Below, in pieces: positions 1-8,958 of a stretch of 64,000 nt of DNA (the stretch's first letter is position 1; each line of letters begins with the position of its first letter). The notes beneath the pieces are model-generated. The model worked only from the letters and a program-made list of their open reading frames with translations, made no database searches and was not told the DNA's origin. A program made the translations under genes and the position numbers. Source of the stretch: Candidatus Micrarchaeota archaeon (GTDB lineage Archaea > Micrarchaeota > Micrarchaeia > Anstonellales > Bilamarchaeaceae); contig JBBSVO010000006.1 of the NCBI GenBank assembly GCA_038046805.1, positions 215,166-279,165 on the forward strand, given 5' to 3'.

Positions 1-582
1 GCGAAACACAACGAACCAGAACAATTCGGGACAAAGCAGTTAATCGAACCTGTTCCGATAGATATCGAGCATGTTCCAATAAACGCAGGTCGTTCTATCA
101 AATCATCTGCTCATAGTTCTGAAATAGTTTCAGCTACTCAAAATACAAAACTAGTCAAAGCATCCGAGCAATTACCGCATTCTGTTTCCGTTTCTCAGAA
201 AAAGGAAAAAACATATGTGCCTGCCATTAAGTCCGAAGTCGTGCTTGAACCTTCTGTTAAACATGCAATAGAAGAAAGCATTGTCAGGAAAGAACGTGCA
301 GAGACGGATATTGGTCAAGAAATTGTTTCAATCGAGCGGGTTGTGGTGTCAATTCGCGATAGGCATATCCCGCTGGAAAAGGCAATCCTTGCCCTCCCCC
401 CAATAACCAGGGCACGCTTCAGTGCAGTTGTAAAAAAGAAGCACCTTCCTGCATCAATGATTCTCTCTCTTTTGGAAAAGGACATCTCTTTCCTAAAATC
501 AGTCAAAAAGAAGCTTGCAACGCTTTCGTTTGATGACCTGCTTTCCGTGGTTCGCGCAGTTAAATCTCTTTCTGCGAAATAG
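1..582 (+). CDS. Hypothetical protein, 5'-truncated by window edge
   Basis: Frame 1 is open from base 1 through the tracked ORF 217..582; no recognisable motif. Confidence 0.6.
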   Translation, partial: AKHNEPEQFGTKQLIEPVPIDIEHVPINAGRSIKSSAHSSEIVSATQNTKLVKASEQLPHSVSVSQKKEKTYVPAIKSEVVLEPSVKHAIEESIVRKERAETDIGQEIVSIERVVVSIRDRHIPLEKAILALPPITRARFSAVVKKKHLPASMILSLLEKDISFLKSVKKKLATLSFDDLLSVVRAVKSLSAK

Positions 583-635
583 CCATGAGCCTTGGGCCAT
601 GAGCCTCGGATGTATTTTGAATAAAAATAAAAAAA

Positions 636-866
636 AGCCTCAAGAGAGATTTGAACTCCCGACCTCCTCCTTTCTACACCCAATCTCCCCGTAAGAGGGG
701 GTTTGGGCGGCATGAAAGGCACTAAGGGGGACGCTTCCCCCTTTGGGCCTTCTACAAGAGAGGCGCTCTACATCCAGAAGTCTTGCGTTTCGTATTCCGT
801 GTTTTGAGCCGGATAAGACTCAGGACAATAGGACAAAACCCAAAACTTTCACTGAGCTATTGAGGC
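636..866 (-). tRNA. tRNA-Thr(UGU) with a D-loop intron (~772-849) and an anticodon-loop 37/38 intron (~672-752)
   Basis: Reverse complement reads GCCTCAA-TA-GCTC-AGTG[78 nt]GTA-GAGC-G-CCTCT-CT-TGT-A[81 nt]A-GGAGG-AGGTC-GGGAG-TTCAAAT-CTCTC-TTGAGGC; all stems pair; intron boundaries approximate. Confidence 0.85.
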
Positions 867-951
867 TATGTATGATTTTTTGTGCCACGTATGTATTTAA
901 AGGATTTCCATATATAGTTTTTTCACTAACTTGTTGTTTAGGTGAATCTTT

Positions 952-1104
952 ATGGGTAAATTTCCAGAAGCTGATGCTGAAATATCAAAAATAATGATCT
1001 GTAGAAAATGTAAGTCAAGGAATCCAAAAGGGCTTAAAAAATGCAGAAAATGCGGCTCCCAATACCTTAGACCAAAGAAGAAGGAAATAAGGGCAAAGAA
1101 GTAA
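952..1104 (+). CDS. rpl40e: 50S ribosomal protein L40e (not in ORF track)
   Basis: MGKFPEADAEISKIMICRKCKSRNPKGLKKCRKCGSQYLRPKKKEIRAKK; CxxC..CxxC; GGTGA RBS upstream. Confidence 0.95.
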   Translation: MGKFPEADAEISKIMICRKCKSRNPKGLKKCRKCGSQYLRPKKKEIRAKK

Positions 1105-1133
1105 CGGTCATGTGCCGTTAATCTGGTGAAAAT

Positions 1134-1418
1134 ATGAACATTGGAGATCTTAAGGCAGGTTCAAAGGAAGTTTCGATAGACGCAGAAGTTGTTAGCATAG
1201 ATTCTGTACGGGAAATCAACAAATACGGAAGAACCCTTCGTGTTGCGAATGCAAAAATCGAAGACAAGAGCGGTTCAATAACGTTGGTTTTGTGGAATGA
1301 CGACATAGACAAGGTCAAGGAAGGTTCGAAGATAAAAATCGAAAATGGCTATGTTAACGAATGGCAGAACAACCTGCAGCTAACAAGGGGAAAATTCGGA
1401 ACGCTTACTGTTTCATAA
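1134..1418 (+). CDS. Single OB-fold ssDNA-binding protein (SSB/RPA-like)
   Basis: IGDLK...LRVANAKIEDKSGSITLVLWNDD...IENGYVNEWQ, typical of archaeal SSB. Confidence 0.85.
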   Translation: MNIGDLKAGSKEVSIDAEVVSIDSVREINKYGRTLRVANAKIEDKSGSITLVLWNDDIDKVKEGSKIKIENGYVNEWQNNLQLTRGKFGTLTVS

Positions 1419-1431
1419 TCCCTCGAGTTCA

Positions 1432-1812
1432 TTAGCCTATCTTTATTTTTCCGCCATAGTTTTCTATTTTTATTTTTTTGTTTCCGCTTCCCTCAATCCT
1501 GCACGTAGTGTTTTTATGAATCGTTTTCGTTTCACTACCAGGATTAGAAACCATAAATCCGCTTTCGGTTCCGCTTACTGAATTTTCTCCGGAGATTTCA
1601 ATTCCACGCGAGTTTCCACTCCCAAGTGCGCAAACCGCTTCTATTTCTATGAATAACTTTTCCGCGTTTGACTCCAGCTCTATCTGTTTTTTCTGTTCTT
1701 CCGCGTAATTCCTAATCCCGCTTAATGCAGCTATGGAAAAGGTTAGTGCTGCCAACATAATAAGCGCCAAAAATAGATACTCAATCGAAACTTGGCCACG
1801 GGACATAATCAT
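1432..1812 (-). CDS. Class III signal peptide (pilin-like) protein
   Basis: N-terminal RGQVSIEY followed by a hydrophobic helix. Confidence 0.8.
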   Translation of the reverse strand: MIMSRGQVSIEYLFLALIMLAALTFSIAALSGIRNYAEEQKKQIELESNAEKLFIEIEAVCALGSGNSRGIEISGENSVSGTESGFMVSNPGSETKTIHKNTTCRIEGSGNKKIKIENYGGKIKIG

Positions 1813-1871
1813 ACCTTGTCTCTAGCTTTTGGGTAGTGGCTAGGGGTTAGTACCTGAAAGCCAGTAGCCAA

Positions 1872-2135
1872 TCATGTGCATGATTTTTCCTGGGTATTGC
1901 AGTTATTGGACTGGCAATCTATGTCATCCACGCAAAAATCTCCACTTTTTCCTTTTACTGCCTGTTCTGTCTTTTCTAAAATAGATGCACTCTGAACCCC
2001 TATTTTTTCGCTGGTTTTTTGCGCAGTGCCTATTAGCTGGGTTGCCACAATTGCTACTATTGCCAGTATGACTGCAATCAGAATCAGCATTTCTGCGGAT
2101 AATTGCCCCTTTACAACATTTGTGGTGTTATCCAT
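1872..2135 (-). CDS. Class III signal peptide (pilin-like) protein with Cys-rich tail
   Basis: KGQLSAEMLILIAVIL; C-terminal CxxxxxCxxxxCxxxxxxC. Confidence 0.8.
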   Translation of the reverse strand: MDNTTNVVKGQLSAEMLILIAVILAIVAIVATQLIGTAQKTSEKIGVQSASILEKTEQAVKGKSGDFCVDDIDCQSNNCNTQEKSCT

Positions 2136-2573
2136 CTACACAACCCTTAAGATTAGTCTTTTCTTCACGTAATTGAGTACCTTTTCGTAATTGATATAAT
2201 GCGAATATGCGGTTAATTCCATAGGGTAATTCCCATCTCTTGTCTGGTTGCTTCCCCAGATAGGGATAACCAATTCTACGGAAACCCCTGCCTTTATTTC
2301 TCCAAGTCTTTTTTCCATATGCTTGTTTATGCAGGTTGGTTCAAATCCAATCATTTCCTTTTTTGGAAGTAGGATATCTACAGATACCAGTTGCAGTTCA
2401 TTCGTAGTATTCGTCAATTTGACGATCATCCTCACCATGTTATCCTTTCTTGCAGACAATCTTACTGGAACAAAAGAAGTAACTACGTTGAATGGGGCAT
2501 TGGATTGTTGTACCTCTGTCCGAACTTCTTTGCGTTCACTAGAACTTCCCATCAATGAATCTAAAAATCCCAT
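2136..2573 (-). CDS. Hypothetical protein (Ig-like beta fold likely)
   Basis: ORF with GGTGA RBS before MGFLDS; beta-strand pattern. Confidence 0.6.
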   Translation of the reverse strand: MGFLDSLMGSSSERKEVRTEVQQSNAPFNVVTSFVPVRLSARKDNMVRMIVKLTNTTNELQLVSVDILLPKKEMIGFEPTCINKHMEKRLGEIKAGVSVELVIPIWGSNQTRDGNYPMELTAYSHYINYEKVLNYVKKRLILRVV

Positions 2574-2785
2574 TTTGTCACCTTTTACATCTATTATAAT
2601 TCGTTGCCTTTTCTGACGTATATGCAAATGGACAGAAACCTTTAAATATAGTTAGTAATAAAGGAAATTTGCTAATAAGAAAGACATTCATTTCACGCTC
2701 TTTCTTTGTATGGGAGGATAACTGGTCGCCTTGCCAGCGCATAATTGCGCTGGCCTCTTTCTATTTGAAGCTTTTTGGATAAGGA

Positions 2786-3021
2786 GTTATAAGGGCAAAA
2801 ACCTTCAGGAAAAACCATGGAGGTTTACGGAATCCTCCCATGCAGGGATTTTAAAAAACAATTGAGCCTTTTTGGCTTAGGGGTTATCAGGGCAAAAACA
2901 CGTCCGGTTGAACGGCGATCCGTTCAATGGACCATTGAAACCACCTTGTTTCAATAGGTCGCGAAAAACCATGGAGAAGCCAATAGTTTCGGCGCAATAC
3001 TCCCATGCAAAGGATGTTAAA
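2786..3021. repeat. Degenerate tandem duplication (copy 1 ~2786-2855, copy 2 ~2883-3021)
   Basis: Shared blocks gttat(a/c)agggcaaaaac, gaaaaaccatggag, ctcccatgca..ggat.ttaaa. Confidence 0.75.
2903..2960 (-). mobile_element. Double-hairpin micro-element copy 1
   Basis: Reverse complement GA-CCTA-TTGAAACA aggt GGTTTCAA-TGGTCCA-TTGAACGG atcg CCGTTCAA-CCG-GA. Confidence 0.75.
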
Positions 3022-3073
3022 CTTCTTCTTGCAGTCCACATGTTTTTAACAATAGCGGAACAAATTTTCAATT

Positions 3074-4186
3074 ATGTCCGAAGCACCATTAGTTGAAATA
3101 GACGCGTCAAAGGGAGAAGGCGGTTTGTTTGAACGACGAATCGTCCAAAGCCCGCCTTCCCAAAAAGGCAATTGCATGGTTGAAATAGACGCGTCAAAGG
3201 GAGAAGGCGGCGGTCAGATTATCCGAACTGCCCTTTCACTCTCAGCAATTACCAAAATTCCGGTTCGTATTTTCAATATTCGTGCTAAAAGACCTAATCC
3301 TGGCCTTCAGGCACAGCATCTTATGGCTTGCAAATCCGTTCGCAATATTTGTCGCGGAACTCTTGAACATGCGGAATTAAATAGCAGCGAACTTGTTTTT
3401 CATCCAGGGGAAATCGTCGGGGGCAATTATGAATTTGATATAGGGACTGCGGGTTCTGTTGTTCTTGTTGCCCAGACTTTGATTCCTATTCTTCTATTTG
3501 CAAACAAGAAAAGCACCGTTCGGATAAAGGGCGGTACTCATGTCATGAAATCTCCAAGTTATGATTATTTCGCAGAGGTCTTTGTTCCTGCTCTTCGGAA
3601 ATTTGGAATCGCTATTAAAACCCGTGTCTTGAAAATCGGTTTTTATCCTGTTGGCGGAGGAGAAATAGAATTTGAAATAGAACCGAACCTTCCGCATGGT
3701 GTGGTGAATTGGGCAACTCCTGATAATTCTGAAGGAAAAAGAGTATTGATCCGCACTTCCTCGTCTTTGCCCGAACTCATCTCTATTCGCGAAAAGAAAA
3801 TTTTTGTCCAGAATAATCTCGAAAATGTGCGGGTATTCTCCGACCAAACTGCTTCACAAGGAAACGCCATCTTGTTCTGGGAAGGTTTCTGCGGAGCATA
3901 TTCTCTTGGAGAAAGGGGAAAACGTGCAGAAGTGGTTGCTCAGGAAGCTCTTGATGAATTCAGAAAAGAAGAATCTGCGCAAGCCGACGTAGATAAGCAT
4001 CTTGCAGACCAGCTTCTTCTCTACGCGGCCCTTGCTGACGCTTCTGGCGAAAAGGCGGAGACGCGGTTCAAAACATCTGAAATAACGGAACATCTGCGTA
4101 CGAATGCAGAAATAATAAAAAAATTCAATAATAAAAAAATAGAAATAAATGAAGAGAAAAAAGAGGTTTTTGTTGGATCACTATAG
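3074..4186 (+). CDS. rtcA: RNA 3'-terminal phosphate cyclase; N-terminal 32-bp duplication, alternative start at 3176
   Basis: EIDASKGEGGGQIIRTALSLSAIT, RPNPGL, GFYPVGGG, DKHLADQL motifs. Confidence 0.93.
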   Translation: MSEAPLVEIDASKGEGGLFERRIVQSPPSQKGNCMVEIDASKGEGGGQIIRTALSLSAITKIPVRIFNIRAKRPNPGLQAQHLMACKSVRNICRGTLEHAELNSSELVFHPGEIVGGNYEFDIGTAGSVVLVAQTLIPILLFANKKSTVRIKGGTHVMKSPSYDYFAEVFVPALRKFGIAIKTRVLKIGFYPVGGGEIEFEIEPNLPHGVVNWATPDNSEGKRVLIRTSSSLPELISIREKKIFVQNNLENVRVFSDQTASQGNAILFWEGFCGAYSLGERGKRAEVVAQEALDEFRKEESAQADVDKHLADQLLLYAALADASGEKAETRFKTSEITEHLRTNAEIIKKFNNKKIEINEEKKEVFVGSL

Positions 4187-5437
4187 TTATTTGGTCGTCT
4201 CTGCTTTATTTAGTATTTCCTCCATATTTTTCTTGTCATCCTCGCTTATGTTCTGCCCGGTGGTGTTCTCCTTTGTAGGATTTTCGAACGGTTCATCACT
4301 TTGTTTTATCGTAGTCTTGTTTGTGGTGGCAAACTCCTCGCACATCGCAACCTTGGTGGAGTTCATTATACTGCTGCATATACTGGCGTTTTTCATTGTT
4401 CCGCCAAGTTCAATGTAACAATCGTCTTTTATGCCAGATTCGGTTACGAGTTTGCATATTCCAGTGTCTTTAGCCATTATTGCTAAATTGAGAATGCAGA
4501 TATTCTTTCTTCCACCGGCAAATTCGCACAGTTCAAGGTTTTCTTTGTCCAATGCCATAGAATAAACGCATTTATCATGTTCTATTCCCTCTTTTTCAAG
4601 GCATGCTATAAACGCATTCTGGTCATCGCTTGCAGCCTGAAGCAGGGTGACGGCCTTTCCGGCAGTCAGGTTCTCCGGAACTATTATCTCCTTATCATAT
4701 TTCCAATCGGATGAAACAAGATTCCATTTACTCGTGCGATCCTTTCCAAGATAATTATATGCGAATTCCTTAGAGATAATTTCGTTCTTTTCTTCGTTAT
4801 AACATAGTTTACTTTCGTATCTCTTTGGATCTCCCTGTCTTACATTAAGGCTCATCGCCTCGCTTAAAGTAAGGTTTGAATAGTCTATAACAAAGTTTAC
4901 TTCCGAGCATTTTTCTCCTTTTTCCGTGGTTTCAATAACCTCCTCAAACGTAATGGTGTTTTTTCCCTTCAGGAATTCAAATGTTTCCTTTGCAGAATCT
5001 ATCTTTTCGTTGCTGAAAAATTGCCCTCCAATCACCTTTAAGTATTTCGAGAGGGCTGCACTGGTGTTTTTTACAGAACTGCAGGCATATTCATCTTCAT
5101 ATTCTACACACATTACCGTGTCGTTTTCCGCAAAATAAATATTTCTTTCAGATATTGGAGTTTCTATAGTTACCTGGCGCACTGCTCCGTTCTTGCGAAG
5201 TGTTGTCCTCATGACATATTCATCAAGCGTTTCGTCATAGGCATATTCGTAATCTGTTGCGCCCTGGCCAACAAGAAGGCTTTTTTCATATATTTCAAGC
5301 GCATTGCCTGTGCTATCTTCTCCTTCACCACCGTGTTTTTGAAGGTTCGGAAGTGCATACATATAAACCGCATAACCTGCGGCAAGGAAAACGATAATCC
5401 CTAAAACCACCAGCAAAATATTTTTTACATCTGTCAT
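4187..5437 (-). CDS. Membrane-anchored extracellular protein with Cys-rich C-terminal repeats
   Basis: Start moved to MTDVKNILL (5437) because the upstream part of the tracked ORF overlaps a tRNA; N-terminal TM helix; repeated CxxI..D.CY-type motifs. Confidence 0.7.
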   Translation of the reverse strand: MTDVKNILLVVLGIIVFLAAGYAVYMYALPNLQKHGGEGEDSTGNALEIYEKSLLVGQGATDYEYAYDETLDEYVMRTTLRKNGAVRQVTIETPISERNIYFAENDTVMCVEYEDEYACSSVKNTSAALSKYLKVIGGQFFSNEKIDSAKETFEFLKGKNTITFEEVIETTEKGEKCSEVNFVIDYSNLTLSEAMSLNVRQGDPKRYESKLCYNEEKNEIISKEFAYNYLGKDRTSKWNLVSSDWKYDKEIIVPENLTAGKAVTLLQAASDDQNAFIACLEKEGIEHDKCVYSMALDKENLELCEFAGGRKNICILNLAIMAKDTGICKLVTESGIKDDCYIELGGTMKNASICSSIMNSTKVAMCEEFATTNKTTIKQSDEPFENPTKENTTGQNISEDDKKNMEEILNKAETTK

Positions 5438-5493
5438 AAGATAACCTCTGAACATTGGCTTTTTATATTTCTCATCTGTGCTTAAAAAGTTAT

Positions 5494-5895
5494 TGCAGGG
5501 GACAGGATTTTCAATTACCACGGGAGTATCACGCCTACGTTTTTCTTTTGGCGTGTCAGGAACGACCGACAAAACGACGCTTCGTTTTGTGGTCCATAAA
5601 ACGTTACGACGTTTTATCGGACGCATCGTTCCTGAGCATGTTCAAGAACGAAATGTCGTTCTTGACATGAAACCCTCAGACCTTTTCTTTTTTAAAAGAA
5701 AAGGGGTATGGGTTTGAACCTGTGAAGACGCTAGGTCATCAGATTTCCTATCCCGCATTCGGGAAAAGAACAAACGAGATCTTGAGTCTGACGCGTTTGA
5801 CCGTTGCGAAACCAGTTTCCAGTTGCCTGTTTCCAGTTCCCAAAACGCGAAACTGAAAACCCTAGACAGAAAACTGACTTCTCCGCCACCCCTGC
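5494..5895 (-). tRNA. tRNA-Leu(CAA) with three introns: D-loop (~5804-5880), anticodon loop (~5745-5780), T-loop 59/60 (~5508-5712)
   Basis: Reverse complement GCAGGGG-TG-GCGG-AG[77]CGGTCAAA-CGC-G-TCAGA-CT-CAA-G[36]A-TCTGA-long variable arm-ACAGG-TTCAAA[205]T-CCTGT-CCCCTGC-A; acceptor, anticodon and T stems pair perfectly after removal. Confidence 0.85.
5564..5621 (+). mobile_element. Double-hairpin micro-element copy 2 (inside tRNA-Leu T-loop intron)
   Basis: GA-CCGA-CAAAACGA cgct TCGTTTTG-TGGTCCA-TAAAACGT tacg ACGTTTTA-TCG-GA. Confidence 0.8.
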
Positions 5896-5955
5896 GCATT
5901 ATATTTGCTTTTTGCCGCACCACATTTTAAAACCTTGTTAGTCTATCATCTACTC

Positions 5956-7149
5956 ATGGCAGAGCCACTATGGTTCATTGAATACCCAGTATCATTCATC
6001 TCAATTTTCGTAGCCGTATTTTTCACACTGATTTATCTGAAGAATTTCAATAGGATGGAACACAAGTCAAAGCAGGCGCATGGCTGGGAACCAAAAATAA
6101 CAATTCTCATTCCTGCTTACAATGAGGAGAATTCTATAGCTGCATGTTTAGATTCAGTTCTGGCATCAGATTATCCTCGGGAAAAGATGGAAATACTTGT
6201 TCTGGATGACGGTTCTACTGATAAGACTGCAGAGATTGCCAAGCGTTATTCAACACATGGGGTAATCGTCTGCTCAAAAGAAAACACTGGAAAAGCAGAC
6301 TCTCTTAATTTCGGAATAAAAAAATCAACAGGAGAAATAATTGCAACGCTTGATGCGGATTCGTTTATAAGTCCATATTCCATACGCAGAATGCTTCCAT
6401 TGTTTGAAGATGAGACTGTTGGAGCGGTTGCTTCTGCAGTTAAAGTGAAAAAAGCAAAAAACCTATTGGAGGAGATCCAGCGCATAGAATATCTTTTTGC
6501 ATTATTTTCCCGCAAGGTTGTCAGCTTTATCGAATCCGTGCAGGTAACCCCCGGACCGTTTTCCATGTTCCGCAGATGGATTTTTGACAAGGTCGGCGAT
6601 TTTGATACAAAGAGCCTTGTTGAAGATCAGGAAATAGCACTGAGAATCCAATCTCATCATTACAAAATACGCTGCTCTCTCGATGCCGACGTTTTCACCG
6701 AAATCCCACGCACGTTCCTTGACTTGATGAAACAGCGCACCAGATGGCAACGCGGAGGGTTCTGGAACTCATTAAAATATCTTAAAATGATTAATCCAAA
6801 ATACGGGGATCTGGGAATGATTATTCTTCCGTTCGGTGTGTTTGGATATCTGATGCTTGTCATCTTCCTTGTGCTTGCGGTGTACTATATGTTTTATGGT
6901 TCTCCCTATCAGGAAGCGCTTAGCTATGATTCCTATCTGCTGGCATTCCGCGAGCTTCATGTTTTCGGAATTCTTATGATAGGCCTTGCGTTCCTGTGGC
7001 TGTTCTATGGGATGGGGAGGCTTTTCCGCGAGCAGGAGCTGCATCCAGTGTCAATCTTTTTATATATCATACTATATCCTATGTTGATAACGTTATTTTG
7101 GTTCTCCGCAGCGTATAAAGAGCTGCGCGGAGAGGGTTTCTCGTGGTAG
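5956..7149 (+). CDS. Family 2 glycosyltransferase (cellulose synthase/PgaC-like, multi-TM)
   Basis: IPAYNEE, DDGSTD, DAD, ED and QRTRW motifs. Confidence 0.9.
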   Translation: MAEPLWFIEYPVSFISIFVAVFFTLIYLKNFNRMEHKSKQAHGWEPKITILIPAYNEENSIAACLDSVLASDYPREKMEILVLDDGSTDKTAEIAKRYSTHGVIVCSKENTGKADSLNFGIKKSTGEIIATLDADSFISPYSIRRMLPLFEDETVGAVASAVKVKKAKNLLEEIQRIEYLFALFSRKVVSFIESVQVTPGPFSMFRRWIFDKVGDFDTKSLVEDQEIALRIQSHHYKIRCSLDADVFTEIPRTFLDLMKQRTRWQRGGFWNSLKYLKMINPKYGDLGMIILPFGVFGYLMLVIFLVLAVYYMFYGSPYQEALSYDSYLLAFRELHVFGILMIGLAFLWLFYGMGRLFREQELHPVSIFLYIILYPMLITLFWFSAAYKELRGEGFSW

Positions 7150-7174
7150 GTGTTGAAGTCGTAAAGGTGAATCC

Positions 7175-8239
7175 ATGGAAGACGATGCAAAACTGGAAAG
7201 AAAATCTCCGAATATTTCTCTCTATGTAATAGCGTTGGCTATTACGATCCTGATCTTCTTCACTGGAATCTATCTTGGTAGGGTTGTTGATAATTCGGTT
7301 CAACAGGGTATTGGCACCGATGTCGCATCACTTATTGAGCGAACAAATTCAATGGAGCTTTTGTTCCTTTTGGATAATTCTTCTGATTTTTGCCCGGTAT
7401 TCAAAGATGAATTATTGAAGATAGATTCGGATACAGAAAAACTCGGATACAAACTTGCGTATATCGAAGATATAAAAGGTGCTGGTGCGTCTGACCCAGA
7501 CCTAAAGAAAAAATATTTCGTTCTTGAAACCGAGGCCTACCTTCTTTCCAAGAGAATCGCGGAAAGTTGCGGGTCGAGTTACGCTAATTTCGACCTTGCG
7601 CTTTATTTCTATTCTAACAAAAAGGGCGCCTGTTTTGATTGTGATGCACAGGGAAAGGCCATTCTTGATGCGAAAAAAGAGCTTAACCGACCATTTAAGG
7701 TTTATTCTTTTGACGGGGATCTCGGAAGCACGGTTGCGGATGCGCTGAAAACAAGACATGGTGTGACGGTCTATCCTTCACTTGTAGTCAACGGGGTTCT
7801 TTATGAGGGTTTTGTTTCAAAGGAGGAATTGCTCGGACTTCTTTCCAAAAATGCAAAAGGTGATGAAGAAATGAAACTTACAGGGGAAAAACTTTTTGCA
7901 CCGTTTGGCGGGCAAACCTGCGTTTATTGGGAGAATTATGTCATAGAAGAAGGTCGCGTTTCTCAAAGTAAAAATCCATTCTATGCGGTAATTGACGGAA
8001 AGAAAATCGAGCTCGGTCTTCCACCCGCGCGCATTTTTATGAAACCGACATCTGAAAACGAAACTGTAAAAGAGTGGTGCCTCAGTCCGGATGCGGTTTA
8101 TCTTGTGGAAAAGGTAACTGAAACTGCGTCTCTTCCGGATTGGGACGAAGAAAAGACTGCGTATTACATTTCTGACGCAAAATACTCTTCAGAAGAAAGG
8201 AAAAAATATTCGACGCCTGCGAGCAAATGGACATACTAA
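7175..8239 (+). CDS. Membrane-anchored thioredoxin-fold protein with C-terminal extension
   Basis: N-terminal TM; YFYS..CFDC..G...YPSLVVNG; internal GGTGA + ATG at 7871. Confidence 0.6.
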   Translation: MEDDAKLERKSPNISLYVIALAITILIFFTGIYLGRVVDNSVQQGIGTDVASLIERTNSMELLFLLDNSSDFCPVFKDELLKIDSDTEKLGYKLAYIEDIKGAGASDPDLKKKYFVLETEAYLLSKRIAESCGSSYANFDLALYFYSNKKGACFDCDAQGKAILDAKKELNRPFKVYSFDGDLGSTVADALKTRHGVTVYPSLVVNGVLYEGFVSKEELLGLLSKNAKGDEEMKLTGEKLFAPFGGQTCVYWENYVIEEGRVSQSKNPFYAVIDGKKIELGLPPARIFMKPTSENETVKEWCLSPDAVYLVEKVTETASLPDWDEEKTAYYISDAKYSSEERKKYSTPASKWTY

Positions 8240-8314
8240 TATTTTGTCAGAATCGAAGCTTGTCAATGGAAATGTTTAAATATCCGCTATTCGTTATGTC
8301 CTTGGTGATATCGA

Positions 8315-8872
8315 ATGGTATTAGAGCTTGTCCTGATTGTGATCGTAGTCGTATTAGTCCTTATCTTATTGTGGGCAATGGGCACTTTCAATCGTTTCAT
8401 CGTCCTGCGCAACAGAATTGACAATGCCTTTTCACAAATTGACGTTCAATTGAAGCGAAGATACGACCTTATTCCAAACCTTGTTGAGTGTGTTAAGGGT
8501 TATGCAAAACACGAGAAAGAGACGCTTAATGATGTTATCAAGGCCAGAAGCGGGCTTGTGCAGGGAACCCCTGATGAAAGAATTGCAGCCAACAACATGC
8601 TTACTGGGGCATTGGGAAGATTAATGGTTGTCATGGAACAATATCCCAAGCTTATGGCAAACGAGAATTTCCTGAAATTGCAGGATGAGCTTGCCGGAAC
8701 CGAGAACAAGATTGCATATGTGAGAACAGCTTATAACGACTCTGTGCTTGAGCTTAACAATGCGATTATGGTGTTTCCCGGAAGTGTAATTGCAGGAATG
8801 TTCGGATTTGTCCAAAAGGCATTCCTCGAAACTCCGGGAGAGCAGCGCGAGAACGTGAAAGTCAAGTTCTAG
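8315..8872 (+). CDS. lemA: LemA family protein
   Basis: QIDVQLKRRYDLIPNLVE.VKGYA.HE; E.YP.L.AN.NF..LQ.EL..TENKIA. Confidence 0.95.
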   Translation: MVLELVLIVIVVVLVLILLWAMGTFNRFIVLRNRIDNAFSQIDVQLKRRYDLIPNLVECVKGYAKHEKETLNDVIKARSGLVQGTPDERIAANNMLTGALGRLMVVMEQYPKLMANENFLKLQDELAGTENKIAYVRTAYNDSVLELNNAIMVFPGSVIAGMFGFVQKAFLETPGEQRENVKVKF

Positions 8873-8958
8873 GCGCGCACTGGAGCCGTCCGGTTCCATT
8901 TCGTTATTTTTTCTCTTTTATTCTTATTCCGCTTTGTTTTTCGCACGGGGTTGCCATT

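Noticed and set aside
315..994. ORFs 315..722(-) and 743..994(+)
   Set aside because: They are antisense to a gene or overlap tRNA-Thr and rpl40e, with no protein-like motifs
5438..5923. N-terminal extension of ORF 4187..5626 and ORFs 5455..5670, 5478..5717, 5642..5923
   Set aside because: They overlap the intron-containing tRNA-Leu; the translations reflect palindromes and heptamer repeats
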